From Takakia lepidozioides (Eukaryota; Plantae; Bryophyta), in contig CM060733.1 in the NCBI GenBank assembly GCA_030704615.1, positions 16,740,001 through 16,804,000 on the forward strand: DNA of 64,000 bases, given 5' to 3'. The translations under genes were made by a program, and so were the position numbers. Under the pieces are notes generated by a model. The model was not told the origin of the DNA and searched no databases. It worked only from the letters and a program-made list of their open reading frames with translations. This document shows positions 48,950 to 61,229 of the stretch, piece by piece. Positions within the stretch are counted from its first letter, which is position 1. Each line of letters starts with the position of its first letter.

Positions 48950-51900
48950 TGTCGCGCACCTCACTTTGATAAGCTCCCCTTCAAGTCATAGTTACTCGTT
49001 TTGATGTGCGCGTCTAACTCCTAAACCGGCCGCCGGGCCAACTCGGAGCTTCGGCTGCTCACCGGGACATAACGGTCCCCCTCACACTCCCACTCGAACC
49101 CTCGACCTGTTGGGCTCAGTGGAAATTCCCTTTGGTAGATGGCAGTCTGGAACAGCTCCCCACACCTTGGTCACTTTCCGGCCCGCACGCTTACTCACTA
49201 GTTTTTGGTCACCAACGGGCTGGCACCGTTCTCGGGGTTACTACTCCCTATATATACTTCTGTAGGTGTCCGCGGGGGTTCCATAAGTAGCCAAGTCCAA
49301 ATCTGGTGCACCACCATTTAGATCCTCGATCGTCCTTGTGGTGAGTCGCGGTGAGTCTTGGCCCACCCACCACGGCCCCAATGGACCATGGTGAGTCCCA
49401 AGACTCCCCACAACTCCCACCACAAGGCAGCCTCATGGTGAGTCCTTTGCCACCCCCACTACGACTCCCTATGCTACCACCACCCCTTGTGGAGCCCCCA
49501 CCACCGCACCCGGGTTGCGGGGCTCCATCTACTGAGCGCCACCGGCTCCTTGCATGCCTTCAGCACTCAAGGGTGCTTCAGCCCCCTTTCCTATTTGTTG
49601 CCACTGCCCCCACCACAGGGGCAACCCCTCTTGTGTCCCGACCCCCCGCCCTCAAGGCAAAGGGCCGCAACACACACCTCTACCAATGAGGAGTCGATGT
49701 CCTCATCGACATCGACTCCTCCATTTTTGTGGAAACTAACATCCAAGTTGTGGCGTCCCACATCAAGGAGTTTATTTTCGTACCATGGCGTCCCATTGTA
49801 GGTACACAATTTAACGCACGAAATATTTTTTGAGTGTTTTTGAGGCAAGGAGAGCCGATTTGTACGCAGACAGCGACGAAACAAGACCATTTGTATCGGA
49901 AACGGCGAAACATCGACATGGCTACTGGTATGGCCCACAAATGGAAGAGGTCTGCGATGTCCATGAAGCCAAATCGCTCAGGAGTTTATATGACTAGGGT
50001 ACCTGCAGGGATCAGCAGGGCGTGCGATTCCAGTCGACTGTTCGAACATCTAGGGGCCGATTAAAACAACTGTAGGCAACGGTTTGCCTCTTCCTCACCT
50101 CAACATCCGATTGTTATTCAAGCAGAGGCAAGTTAGGAGAGCTCGACCTCCATGACAAACTACCCACTGGGTTATTCTTTCAACGACACGGTTGATAACG
50201 GTCTCGCAATATTCCAGGTAGAAATTTTCACGTTGCTTCAATGCAGTTCATGAGGATGCTGGAGTGGAGCACACATGCTCATGATACGATTTCATTTTCA
50301 TGCTCGGATAAGTCAGTGAAAGGGATCAAGCATGGGTTCCCCTGTGTTTTAGTTCATTCATGCAATACAGACACTGCAGTGCGGCAAATAGCAAACTACC
50401 GGCAGTGATCTCTTTTTCCCAGGAGGACAATTATACCTTTTGGTATGATTTCAAATCAAAGACCTTCCAAGGAGTCTTGGTCTCCTACAAAAAATCCTAA
50501 AGAGGTTTTATCCAGCGGTAGCGACCGACTGGGATTTTGTTGTGTTAAGTACTTTCAGCTAATAGGACGAGGCCGGAATCGAGCGCTGTTTGTGGAGGGG
50601 TTTTTATGATGTGGTTAAAAGGGAGACAAGATGATGTGGAAGGAGTTTCAGCCCCTGTCGTCGATCTGTTCCCATCCAAAAAATTATGCTACGCGTTGAA
50701 ACATAATTTTCACGTGCAATTGGCGGTTGTTTATTTTTATGGGTTGATGATTGGACCACATGAACTTGAAGTTTGGTGGGTGTTTTAAGCATACCACAAA
50801 GGAGTTTGTGGCTAAGTTTCTCGAAGTTAGTAATAATTTATAATTTTTGAGATTTTCGGGCAACCATGGCCAAGATAAATTCATTTTGATGGGATTTTTG
50901 GGTCCACAAGAATTAGCTGGTTGGATGATTTGTGCCACCTACCAACCAAAAAGTGGTTGATTGCCTATTCCATCCAAAGATTTTTGGATGTCATCCATTT
51001 TATTTATTTTTATAGTTTTTATAGTATAAGTAGATTAGGAGGTGAGCTTGCTCACCACTTCATTCCTTGTTTTTTTGCTTGTTAGTTGCTTAGAAGCTTG
51101 CTTTATGTTTTGGCAACTAGCTTTGTGGTGAAGTACTAGATTGCTTGTGGCTTAAAGCTTAGCCTAGATGTTTTAGGCAAGCTTGGATGAAGCATCTAGT
51201 TTGTGCTAGGGAGACTAGGGAGATCCTAGGACCTAGTGTGTAAGGGCCAAGAGCCATTTTTTAATGTGAAAAGGAGAGCATCTTCCCCAAAAAGCAAAGA
51301 GGTTTTGTCATTTGAGAGTGTGGTGAGCCCTTGAGGAGTGAAGAGGAGGTAGGAGCAACAAACCCCATAGGAGAGGTGAGCACTACCTCTTCCCTTCAAG
51401 TTTTGGTAGCCTACTTAGCCAAGTGACCCCCTTTGAGCGGAGAGATGATAGTCTTAGCCCTTGTTCATATGTGATGCATTTTGGTGTTCTCTTGTTTGTC
51501 CATTATTGTTGGAAGCTTATATCTAACCTTAGTTTTGGTCCTAGCTACCTAAAGAGTAGTGGGAGCTTGGGAAAGAGAGAGACTAACCCTCCTTAGTGGC
51601 CAAGAGGCCCAAGGAGTTGTCATTTTTAACTATGTTTTGTCTTTTTGCTTAAGAGTGGAAAGATCTAACCCCTAGAGAGCTAACCATGCAGTGGGATCTC
51701 TAGGAGGGGTGTGGGTTCTCTTTGTTGTTGGCCACTAGGCTTGATATTCATGTGTGAAGCTAGCTAGGCATGCAAGGGAAGCTAACCCACTAATATTGGG
51801 TAGATGCTTGCATAGAGCTTAGTGGGAAACCATGGCGCATGTGAGTGTAGCTTAGTGTGCACTAAGCCCTCTAGACTTGCCATTTATTTGTCTCTTTGTT

Positions 51901-54523
51901 AAGCATAGCACCCCCCCCATAGGAGAGGAGCAAGGTGGAAGAGCTAGCAAATTTGTAATGTTTTTTTTCAAGTTTATTTTGTCGCTGGAAATCTATTTTT
52001 CATGCATAACTAATTTACAGATCAAAAATCAGATCTAATATGGCCTCTCTAGCTTGGTTAAGCTATGGAGGACCATAGCTAACCCTTGGGAAGGTTAGGC
52101 TAGCCCTTTGGGGTTAGCGTGGGGTTTATTTCCTTGTTTTTTTTAGGTGCAAGCCAAACGACCATGGATTCATGATGGGGTTCCCAAAAGTGAGGCGCCA
52201 TAAAGGGGATACCATGGCAAGCCATGAGTTGGCTATTGGTTTGAAGCGGGCTGCAGGCCCCGAGGAATCCGAGGTGTTGACCACCCCAGCGGTCAACAAC
52301 CACGCAAGAAAGGGGGGGGGGGGGGGGGTAGGCCGTGCTGGCCACCTAAGCGTACTCTGGCTTTACCCAGCGGTCCGTCGCTTACCCGGGCGGCCGCGAA
52401 CACCGGTCCGTCGGCCCGCCCTGCCACGTGCTGCCACGCTGCGTTGCGACCAGCAGATAACCAGGATGGTCCGGACCAGTGGGTAAGAAATTAAAGGGGG
52501 GTCTTATCTAGGAAAATACTTTTTGAATGGTTCTTGCCTTGGTCGATGGAGGGAGTGTTGAGATGTTGCCTCCTTAGCGGCTGGGTTGGGAATTTGAATG
52601 GAAGGTGAAGGTCTTCGAGGCCTTCGTTTTGGTATGTCATAGGTGGTCAGATCGGAAATCGGCCGTTCGGCTCACACCGAGACACCTTGCTCACGAAAAG
52701 CGGACGATAAGTACAAAGCTTTGGGAGGGGTAGAAGGGGGTTTGAAGTGGGAGAGGGAGTCATTTCCGGTTGCACCCAGCCTTAGAATGCACTTAGATTA
52801 CCAACAGCAGACCCACCAAAATATATTATTCATATGTGAGGAGCGTTTTTTGAGGAATGTGGAATAGTGGATGGTTATGCCTGGATGGATAAGGGGCGGA
52901 TGAAATAAGCAGTATTTCATCTGCAGAATGGATGTAGGATGGATGAAGGTAGGATGAAAAAATTACAGTTTTTCATCCATCATAGGGATGAACGGTGGAT
53001 GATAAATGGAGTTTTTTATCCGGTATTTTAACAAGTCATTTTAGCTCTAGGGGGGTTTGAACCTGAGATCTAGATGCTAGGGGCTATGTATTAAAGGCTT
53101 AGGGGATTGTTTGGACCTATTAGGCCAATTCCCTATGGTTCTCACATCTTGATAATGGATTTTGGGCAATGAGAGGGGGTTAGAGAATTATCTAGAGACC
53201 AAGCCATGGATCCTTGGAAAGCTTAGATGAATGCCTATTTTTCTATAATTAGTGAATTTTCAGCCTTAGTAATTAATTTTGAAGTGGGTTTTTTGTTTAG
53301 AAAATTACCAGAAAAGAGGGATAGAGCTAAACAAATCTAGGATTTTTATCTCTATTTCCTAATTATCATAAATTGCCTAGGATAATATTTTTTCCATTTT
53401 TCTTATCAATATCTAGTACTAGAAAATAGCCAAGAGCCCTAGCAGCTAGCGGGAAAATGGGATATTGTCCAGGTAAAGAGTTTTTTAGCTAGGCTAAGGT
53501 GTGCTCTCCCATTCCAAACAAAATATGAAGCACAACATTTGGAAACCATTTCATTTATAAACAAAATTTGTATAACACAAGTTTTTGCAATCGGATTCTT
53601 GAGCTAACTAAGTTGGACTAAGCATGCATTTTCTCCCCCCACGATTCAAGGTTGATGTCCCCATCAACGCTTCTTCCGCTTCTGAGGTCGCCCTTCGAAA
53701 GCTGCAACTGCCTTGGATGCGTTTCCCATTTTTGAGGTACGCACTCAAGTTGCCTCCACTTGATGATAGCCCTTCCATTTCACGAGATCCTCCGTTTTTT
53801 AATTCTTGAACCTCCTCGACTTAAGGATTGCCTCCACCTCGTACTCAGGTTCATTTTCATGATCCAACAGCATAGGTGGCGGATCCAACAGCATAGGTGG
53901 CGGACGCAACACTTGATGCCGATTCGGACGCACTCCATCTTTGAAGTAAGGCTTCAAAAGGGAAACGTGGAATACCGGATGCACCTTGCTGTTTGCTGGG
54001 AGCTCCAATTTATACACATTCACATTCATAACCTTCTGGATGCGAAAGGGCCCCGTATACGGAAGTACGAACTTTGGGCTCACTTCCGGAGGTAGTCGAA
54101 AATTCTTGATGTGCAACAAGACCTCCGTGCCTGTCGTTCATACCAGTTGTTAGTTTTGGCAATGTTGTACTTTGCGAGCTCCAACAAACGCTTGTGTTCT
54201 TCCAGCACCGTTGCTGCTGCCGGTTCCTCAACGTCCTGGGCGGCCCAACTTGTCGGCACCAGAGGTACTTTTCCATAGACCAATACGAAAGAAGAAACTC
54301 TCGTTGCGGAGTGTTTTGTGTTATTATAACAGAATTTTTTCGCATCCAAGTGCTCCATCCAGTCTGACTGGTCTGCCGACACATAATTCCACAAGATCTG
54401 TTGCGTGCCTTCGGCACTCAAGGGTGCTTCAGCCCCTTTTCCTATTTGCTGCCATTGCCCCCACCACAGGGGCAGCCCCTCTTGTGTCCCAACCCCCCGC
54501 CCTCAAGGCAAAAGGTCGGGACA
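48950..54523 (-). mobile_element. Internally deleted chromovirus related to 34602-41550, with nested insertion
   Basis: 3' LTR 48950-49672; integrase end and chromodomain at about 53490-54395; about 125 bp of the 5' LTR ending at 54523; CTTCG TSD at 48945-48949 and 54524-54528. Confidence 0.88.
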
Positions 54524-57500
54524 CTTCGCCAAGACTAGCGACACATCTCACGGGTGGGCAAATCTTGAGCCTAACCCACCTTGTCGCTGGACTCCACACC
54601 TCGGATTGACATCATTTTTTATCCCTTCATGATTGCGTGCGCGGCGAGGCTCGATACATGGATATGACCAAAACAGAGTGACCAAGAGAACTAATCCGTT
54701 CTGCAAACACAATATGGCTTTTATTCCGATAAAATTATGATACAAGTGAACGTTCAGATTTTGGACATTTGTGCAGACATGGATGTCTACTTGTTGAAAA
54801 CCCTAGCCCTGGCACTGATGACCTGACTCACTAGGAAGAAGAGCTCTGGGTTATTAATATGTTGGGAGCAGGTTAAATTGTTACAACCTCTTGGGACAAT
54901 CTCTTTGATCATTTAAATGTTTGTCATGCTTTGTGAGATTCCAGATATGAGCAGACCTGTAGCCCAATGGTTGGGTTTGCCTATGCATGAGCACCTGGTT
55001 CTAGGCGCTTCTGGTCTAAAATGGGGGCTGAAGATGGGTAGGTGTGGGTGGGCTTCAGAGCAGTTGTTTGTGATATGTAGCACATTCTGTATATTGGTTT
55101 GAGTTAGAGTGGTTGAATTGTCAAGTGTGAAAAGTCGTAGGCGAGCCAACATTGGATCAATTCTGCATACAATCCATGTTGGTGTATTGTTTCTGCTTTG
55201 GGGATTGGTGTCGGATACTTTGTTGCTTGTTGCAGCCAGAGCAGCAATTGAATGTGAATGGTTTGGATGGAATATAGGATATGAATATGTGTGCCTGGAT
55301 ATGTGTAGGATTTGTGAATGTGTGTCTGGATATGTGTTCATACACATTTGTTCGCAATGTCCCTCCCTCTCACACCTGAGAAGCATGTATCACCACACCA
55401 TGCTTTTGAAACCTCATCTGTATTGCATGTGATATTGGCGGGAACATTGAACACATGAGGTTATGAACACGCACACTGGACCCTTAACTGAACGCACACA
55501 CTGAATACAATGACGAGCAAATGTTGGAAGGCAGTGCGACAGACTGCGCACACGGCATACAATGAGCTGAAGGCTCAAAAGCTCATATTCCCTCTTCAAA
55601 GTGTGTGTATGTAGCCCAGACGAGTAACATAATGTGGTCATGCACACTGTATCCTTGTCTGGGGGTGCATTAATGTCTTCCTCCAAATTTGCACATATTC
55701 CAGTGCATGGTGGTTGTGTTGTGAAGCCTTAAAACAAGCCTGAAGCATATACTCTTTTCCTCTCAAGAAGCAAGGTTTCACAACAAAGGGGCGAGCGGAA
55801 AGAGCAAGCAACACGCGAGAGGAGGATCAAACACACGGATCTGACACAAAGCAACTCTCATCCAAAGCTTGTACACCAAAATCACATATACACTAACACC
55901 CGAGTACACCAGGTCAGGGCGCCGTCTTTATACAAAAGCCCTAGCTTTAGTGGCCCGCCACGTGGCGAGGCGTCACAAGCCAAGGCCCACCCCTAGATCC
56001 GATGAAGGGCCAGGATCGAGCCACCAGGCAAAACTACCTATACAACAACTCAAAAGGAGTCTTCTTGGTGCTAGCATGCACGGCGGTGCGATAAACAAAG
56101 AGAATATGGGGAAGAAATGTATCCCACTCCCTGGTAAGTGCGCCATTCTTCTCCAACATTCAGCAAAAAGTTTGGTTGAAGCGTTCCGTGAGGCCATTGG
56201 TCTGGGGATGGTATGGGGTTGTGGTGGAATGCTTAACACCGAAATTGAAGCAAAACACCGTGAGGAGCTGGTTACAAAACTCATTGCCCTGATTCGTTAG
56301 TATCTCCCGAGGACACCCATGCCGCATAAGGATCTCATTGAAGAAGAACTGAGCTACAGCATCACTAGCCTTGGAACGCAAAGGCCGGACTTCTACCCAC
56401 TTAGTCAAGTAGTCGGTAGCAACACAAAGGTAGTTTCGACCCTTTGATGTGAGTGCGAGGGGTCCTACTAAGTCAATGCCAACACGAGCAAAAGCATGGG
56501 TGACAGGCAAAGGCTGCAGCTCATACAAGATCAGGGCCCTAGGGCACGACAACCTTCACACTTAGAGATGAATTCCGTGACATCTCTGTGAATTCCCAGC
56601 CTAGTAAACCTCTTGGATGCGGGCCATAGTTTTCTTGATACCAAGGTGAGCTGCATGCAAGGAACAATGGAAACGCTCCAATAAAGCATTCAGTTGGTTC
56701 CGTGGTGGCACTTCCAAGTAGCATGGTACTCCCCCTCTAGTGAACTCCTTGAAAAGCTTATCACCCATGAAACGGTAAGTAGACACATGATAGAGAATTT
56801 GTTTACGCAATGACTCGGAAAGGCCAGCTCGCGAACGCCTTGATTGGCATCGCTGGAGTAGCGCAACATCTAGCTGATCATCCATGACTGCACTGCACAT
56901 AGGAGGTAGACAATGGATTTAAGAGAAGGTGGTCTGGAGTGCCTGCACCTATGATCTCCAGCCAGGGATACCTTCACCTCATTTGTTACTACTCATGGAC
57001 ATCCAAATCAGGCCTTGAGGCTCAAGCCAATAGTCACACCGGAATGCAACAGCCGAATCACAACAAACTCAAGGGCCTAGGAAAGAGAAGAGCTGAAACA
57101 CAACAAAGAACTTCCACCAAACCATCCGAATTCTCGCTAAGCGATAGATCCACCACACATACTAACACACGAACAAATCAACCAGGATCATCAAGAAGGC
57201 TAGACCAGCCCCAAGCAGCCAATATGTCATGTGAATCCAATGCCAAGGGGTGTTGATCAGCATAAAGAAGGTTGAGAGAGGGGGCTGCATCAGAAGGAGG
57301 GGCTGCATCAGCAGCAACAAGGTCATCCAAGGTGAGCATAGGCCTGCTGACAGGAGGATCAACTAGTGTAAGTGCATCAACATTTGTGTTCTCCTTGCCC
57401 TTCTTGTAGACTATATCCATGTCAAATTCCTGCAGGTACATAGCCCATCTAGCAAGTCTGCCATGAAGTTCCATTGGCTTAATAAGAGCCTTAAGTGGAA

Positions 57501-58889
57501 GATGATCAATTTCTACCACAAACCGGCTACCATGCAAATATTGCCTGAAATGCTTCACACCAAATACTAAGGCCAGACCTTCCTTGTCAGATATGGAATA
57601 ATTCCCTTCATGACGATCAAGACAGCGAGATGCATAAAGTATTACATGCTCTTTGTCTTCTACAACTTGACATAAGATTGCAGAGATGACAACATCTGAT
57701 GCATCAGTCTGAAGCAAGAAAAGTAATTCAAAGTTGGGAAACATTAGGATGTGAGCTGAACACAAAGCCTTTCGAATGGTATCAAAGGTAGCTTGCTGGG
57801 AGAAGGTCCATTCAAACCTGGCATCTTTGCACAACACCTTGGTTAGAGGGTGAGCAAGCTTGACAAAGTTCTTAATGAAACGCCTGTAATAAGAAGCCAG
57901 CCCCAAGAAGGATTTGATACAATGTTTATCCTTGGGAATAGGAAAGCCCCAAACAGACTCAAGCTTTGCATGATCAGGAAGCAAACCATCCCTGGAGAGG
58001 ATATGACCAAGAAAGTGTAGCTCAGGCATGAACAGTTCACACTTCCTTGGCTTCACTTTGAGGCCTGCAGTACGCAATTTGTTGAATGCACGTTGCAGGT
58101 CAGTCAAGTGGGCATCAAAACTAGCTGAATACACATTGATATCATCTACATAAATTAAGGCACATTCCCAGCGAAGATTACCCAAGACAATGTCCATGAG
58201 GCGTTGGAAGGTGGAGGTGGCATTGCATAAACCAAAGGGCATGGTCTCATATTGGTATTTTCCCATGCAACACACAAACGAGGTCTTTTCCTTGGCTGCT
58301 TCAGTGAGAGGAACTTGCCAAAAACTAGATGCAAGATCAAGAGAGGAGAAAATTGTGGCACCATGCAATTGATCCAAAGCCTCATTGATCCTAGGCAGAG
58401 GGTAGGCATCATTTTTAGTGATGTCATTCAGTTTTCTGAAGTCAACACAGAAGCGGGTGGTGCCATCTTTCTTTCCAACCAGGACAATTGGACTAGCCCA
58501 AGGAGAAATTGATGGCTTAATCACACCTGCATCAAGCATTTTCTGGACTTCCTCTTGGACTATAGCACGTTCTTTGACACTCTCTTGGTAAGCAAATTGT
58601 TTGATAGGAGATCCTTCTGTAACAATGTCATGTTGAAGGATGGCAGTGCGTCCTAAATCAGTGGACCCCAAGTTGAAGACATCTAGATTTTTTGCAATAA
58701 GCATCTCAACTCTCTTTCGTTGCCCTGAGGAGGGGGTGGTACCCAACTTGATTTCAGATAACACTTTGGTGAGGGTTTTCTTACCTTCAGGACTGAAATC
58801 ATGGAGCGGTGGTGGTGCAATTGCAGCGCCAAAGGCAGCAACAGCATCCAAGGGGCCATGTTGTATGCCTATGGCCTCTAGTCCAAAGC

Positions 58890-59215
58890 CAGCTTGCACC
58901 TCTTGTATTTCAGCAATGGGTAAGGCAGTGATGCGAGCCAGGACCTGTCCTTTCTTAATGGTCACAGGGAAACGCTCAGGATTAGCAATTAGAATCTTGA
59001 CTTCTTGCCTATATCCCCTATCTATAACACTTGTGGCCACCAGGGCAATGCTTGAGGGCAGTCAGTCTCTTCCAGCCTTCAACTTCCAGGAAGTGAGCAG
59101 CTGGACAGAGGAAGGCCGAGCCAGATCTGACCATTTTCTGGGTCATGGCATGGATGGTTATGTTGAGAGGTGCACGAATCAGGGTAGAATTCCTTGGAAC
59201 AGCTATGGGCATCCT
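58890..59215 (-). other. dUTPase-like domain between protease and RT
   Basis: SVIDRGYRQEVKILIANPERFPVTIKKGQVLARI resembles dUTPase motifs 3-4 (GVIDxDYRGEIxVxLxN...IKKGDRIAQL), in frame with RT; the upstream part is frameshifted. Confidence 0.65.
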
Positions 59216-61220
59216 TGTTTACTACCAGTACTAGGAACATGCCATTGATATAGGAGTTGAAGATCAGGCTAAAACTTGTAAAAATCATTCCAATTGAGGG
59301 TGGAGTGAGAGTTTTGTTGTATCTCTTTGACCATGGCTTGGACTCTGGATAGATTGGCTGTAGCAGACCCAGCCTTGATTTTCACTGCTTTCAAGGGAAC
59401 CATGATTTCATGTCCCTCACCATTGTTAAAACGAAGGGAATAGTCTGTCAAGCTGATGGTGGCACCAGCTCCAGTTATCCAGTCAAGGCCTAGCAGGAAT
59501 TGTTCCCCAATTGTCCCTATGCAGGTCACCACCACCTCTTTCTAGTGAATCCTGATGGGCACAGTGACTAATCCCAGAGGTTCGTATCTCGACCCATCAG
59601 CAATCAGAACCTCAATTCCTGAAGCAGGGCATAGTTTAAGACCAAGGACTCTTATTACATTCAGAGGGATGGCAGATATAGTGCATCCTGTATCAATCAC
59701 GCAGGGAAAGCTTAGCTCATGGATGTGGCACTGAGCCATAAGGGGACTGATCTGCTGGTCAGCAGCCTGTCTGCTGAGAGGACAATGCAAGGCCTTGAAG
59801 TTAGTAGATAAAACAGCTCGAACTAGTATAAGAGAGGTAGGGTTGGTAGATGATTGACCTCTTGCCCCCTTCCCAAGAGGTCTCTCTAGTTTAAAGAAGG
59901 GGAAGAACCACCAGCAACTTTCCTGTTTTGGATCAGCTCTGGTAATCCTGCCCTGTCTGGACAATGCTTAGTCCAGTGCTCAAAAGACCCACAGATGTAA
60001 CATGCAGCACAATTACCTTCATATGTCTGCAGTTTAGGTGCGATCCCTATTATTGCCACTTATTGGCCCTTGTGCCTGGCGAGGCTCCTCCCACCTGTAG
60101 CAAGACTGGAGACATTCAAAAAAGGGACAACACTCGAATGCAAACTTGAATTCAAAGAGCTAGTCCCTCCCCCAAGAGTGGGATTATGGAGGCTAATCAC
60201 AAGCAAATGCATCAGACTCGTTACTGGGGCCGGCATACCGCTCATACTAGCCCAAACATCCGAACCAGACCCGTCTAGCTAGCGTAGGCTCGGTTCGTCC
60301 AGCCACCAAGGCTTCATCACTTCGAACATAAACAGAGATATCCTCGGGGTTGGCTATCCCAAAAAAATAATCTACCAATGCAATATCAGTTGGGGACTCT
60401 ACCACTGCTCCCAACGTACCAACATTCAAAAATTCATCATCACTCACCACGAAATTACCTGCCTGCAGGTTGTCCGATCCCTCATTCATTTCTACTATAC
60501 TTTCGGCCAGCGGCTCTCCTGATCTATTCATGGACCTCTGTCTTTTGGATCTCAACCAAGTAGTAGAATCACCTAGCATGCAAGAAACGAAGTTAGATTG
60601 GAAGCATAACCTTTTAAGCACCAGGGATATGGAGAGTAGGCCGAGCACTTGGAGAGCTGTCCTCTGGAACCCAAGTGGAACAATATACCACCCTCAGCAC
60701 CTTGTGTAACTGCAAATCGTAGACTCCCACCGCCAGCCACTCCCAACTGTCAGTTCCCTTGAGCCAAAAACCAACGCGGATTGTGTCACCCTCTCTCCAT
60801 GTGCGCGAAAGCACAGCCGAGTTCGAATAGTCACTCAATCTCTCAAACGCACTCGGGCGAACCACTCGCTGTGAAGCAAAGGTAATATCCATACCCAGGA
60901 CTACTAGATCAGACGACTGAACTATCAAGGCCCCACCCTTCAGGCCATCAACCAACTGTGAATAAGTAGGCGCCAAGGCGCAGGGCTACACAAGACAAGT
61001 CACGAACAGTAGCCATTCCCTGCAACCACACCCCAACGCGCAATGTGAGATGACAATATCACAATAGCAGGAGAAAATACGGCAAGGCGAGGAGCCGCCA
61101 TTGATAACACGCATTAGCGAACCACGTAGGCAACAAGATGTAGAGCAGATCCCACGAGAAAGACCTAACTGACCCTGGCAGCGCGGGCAAGATCCACCAA
61201 CGCCTATGGTACCAGGCTTC

Positions 61221-61229
61221 TCTCCACCA
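61221..61229 (-). promoter_or_regulatory. Primer-binding site, probably tRNA-Ala
   Basis: TGGTGGAGA immediately after the LTR end GTTTCA; complementary to a ...UCUCCACCA 3' end; only 9 nt match. Confidence 0.55.
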
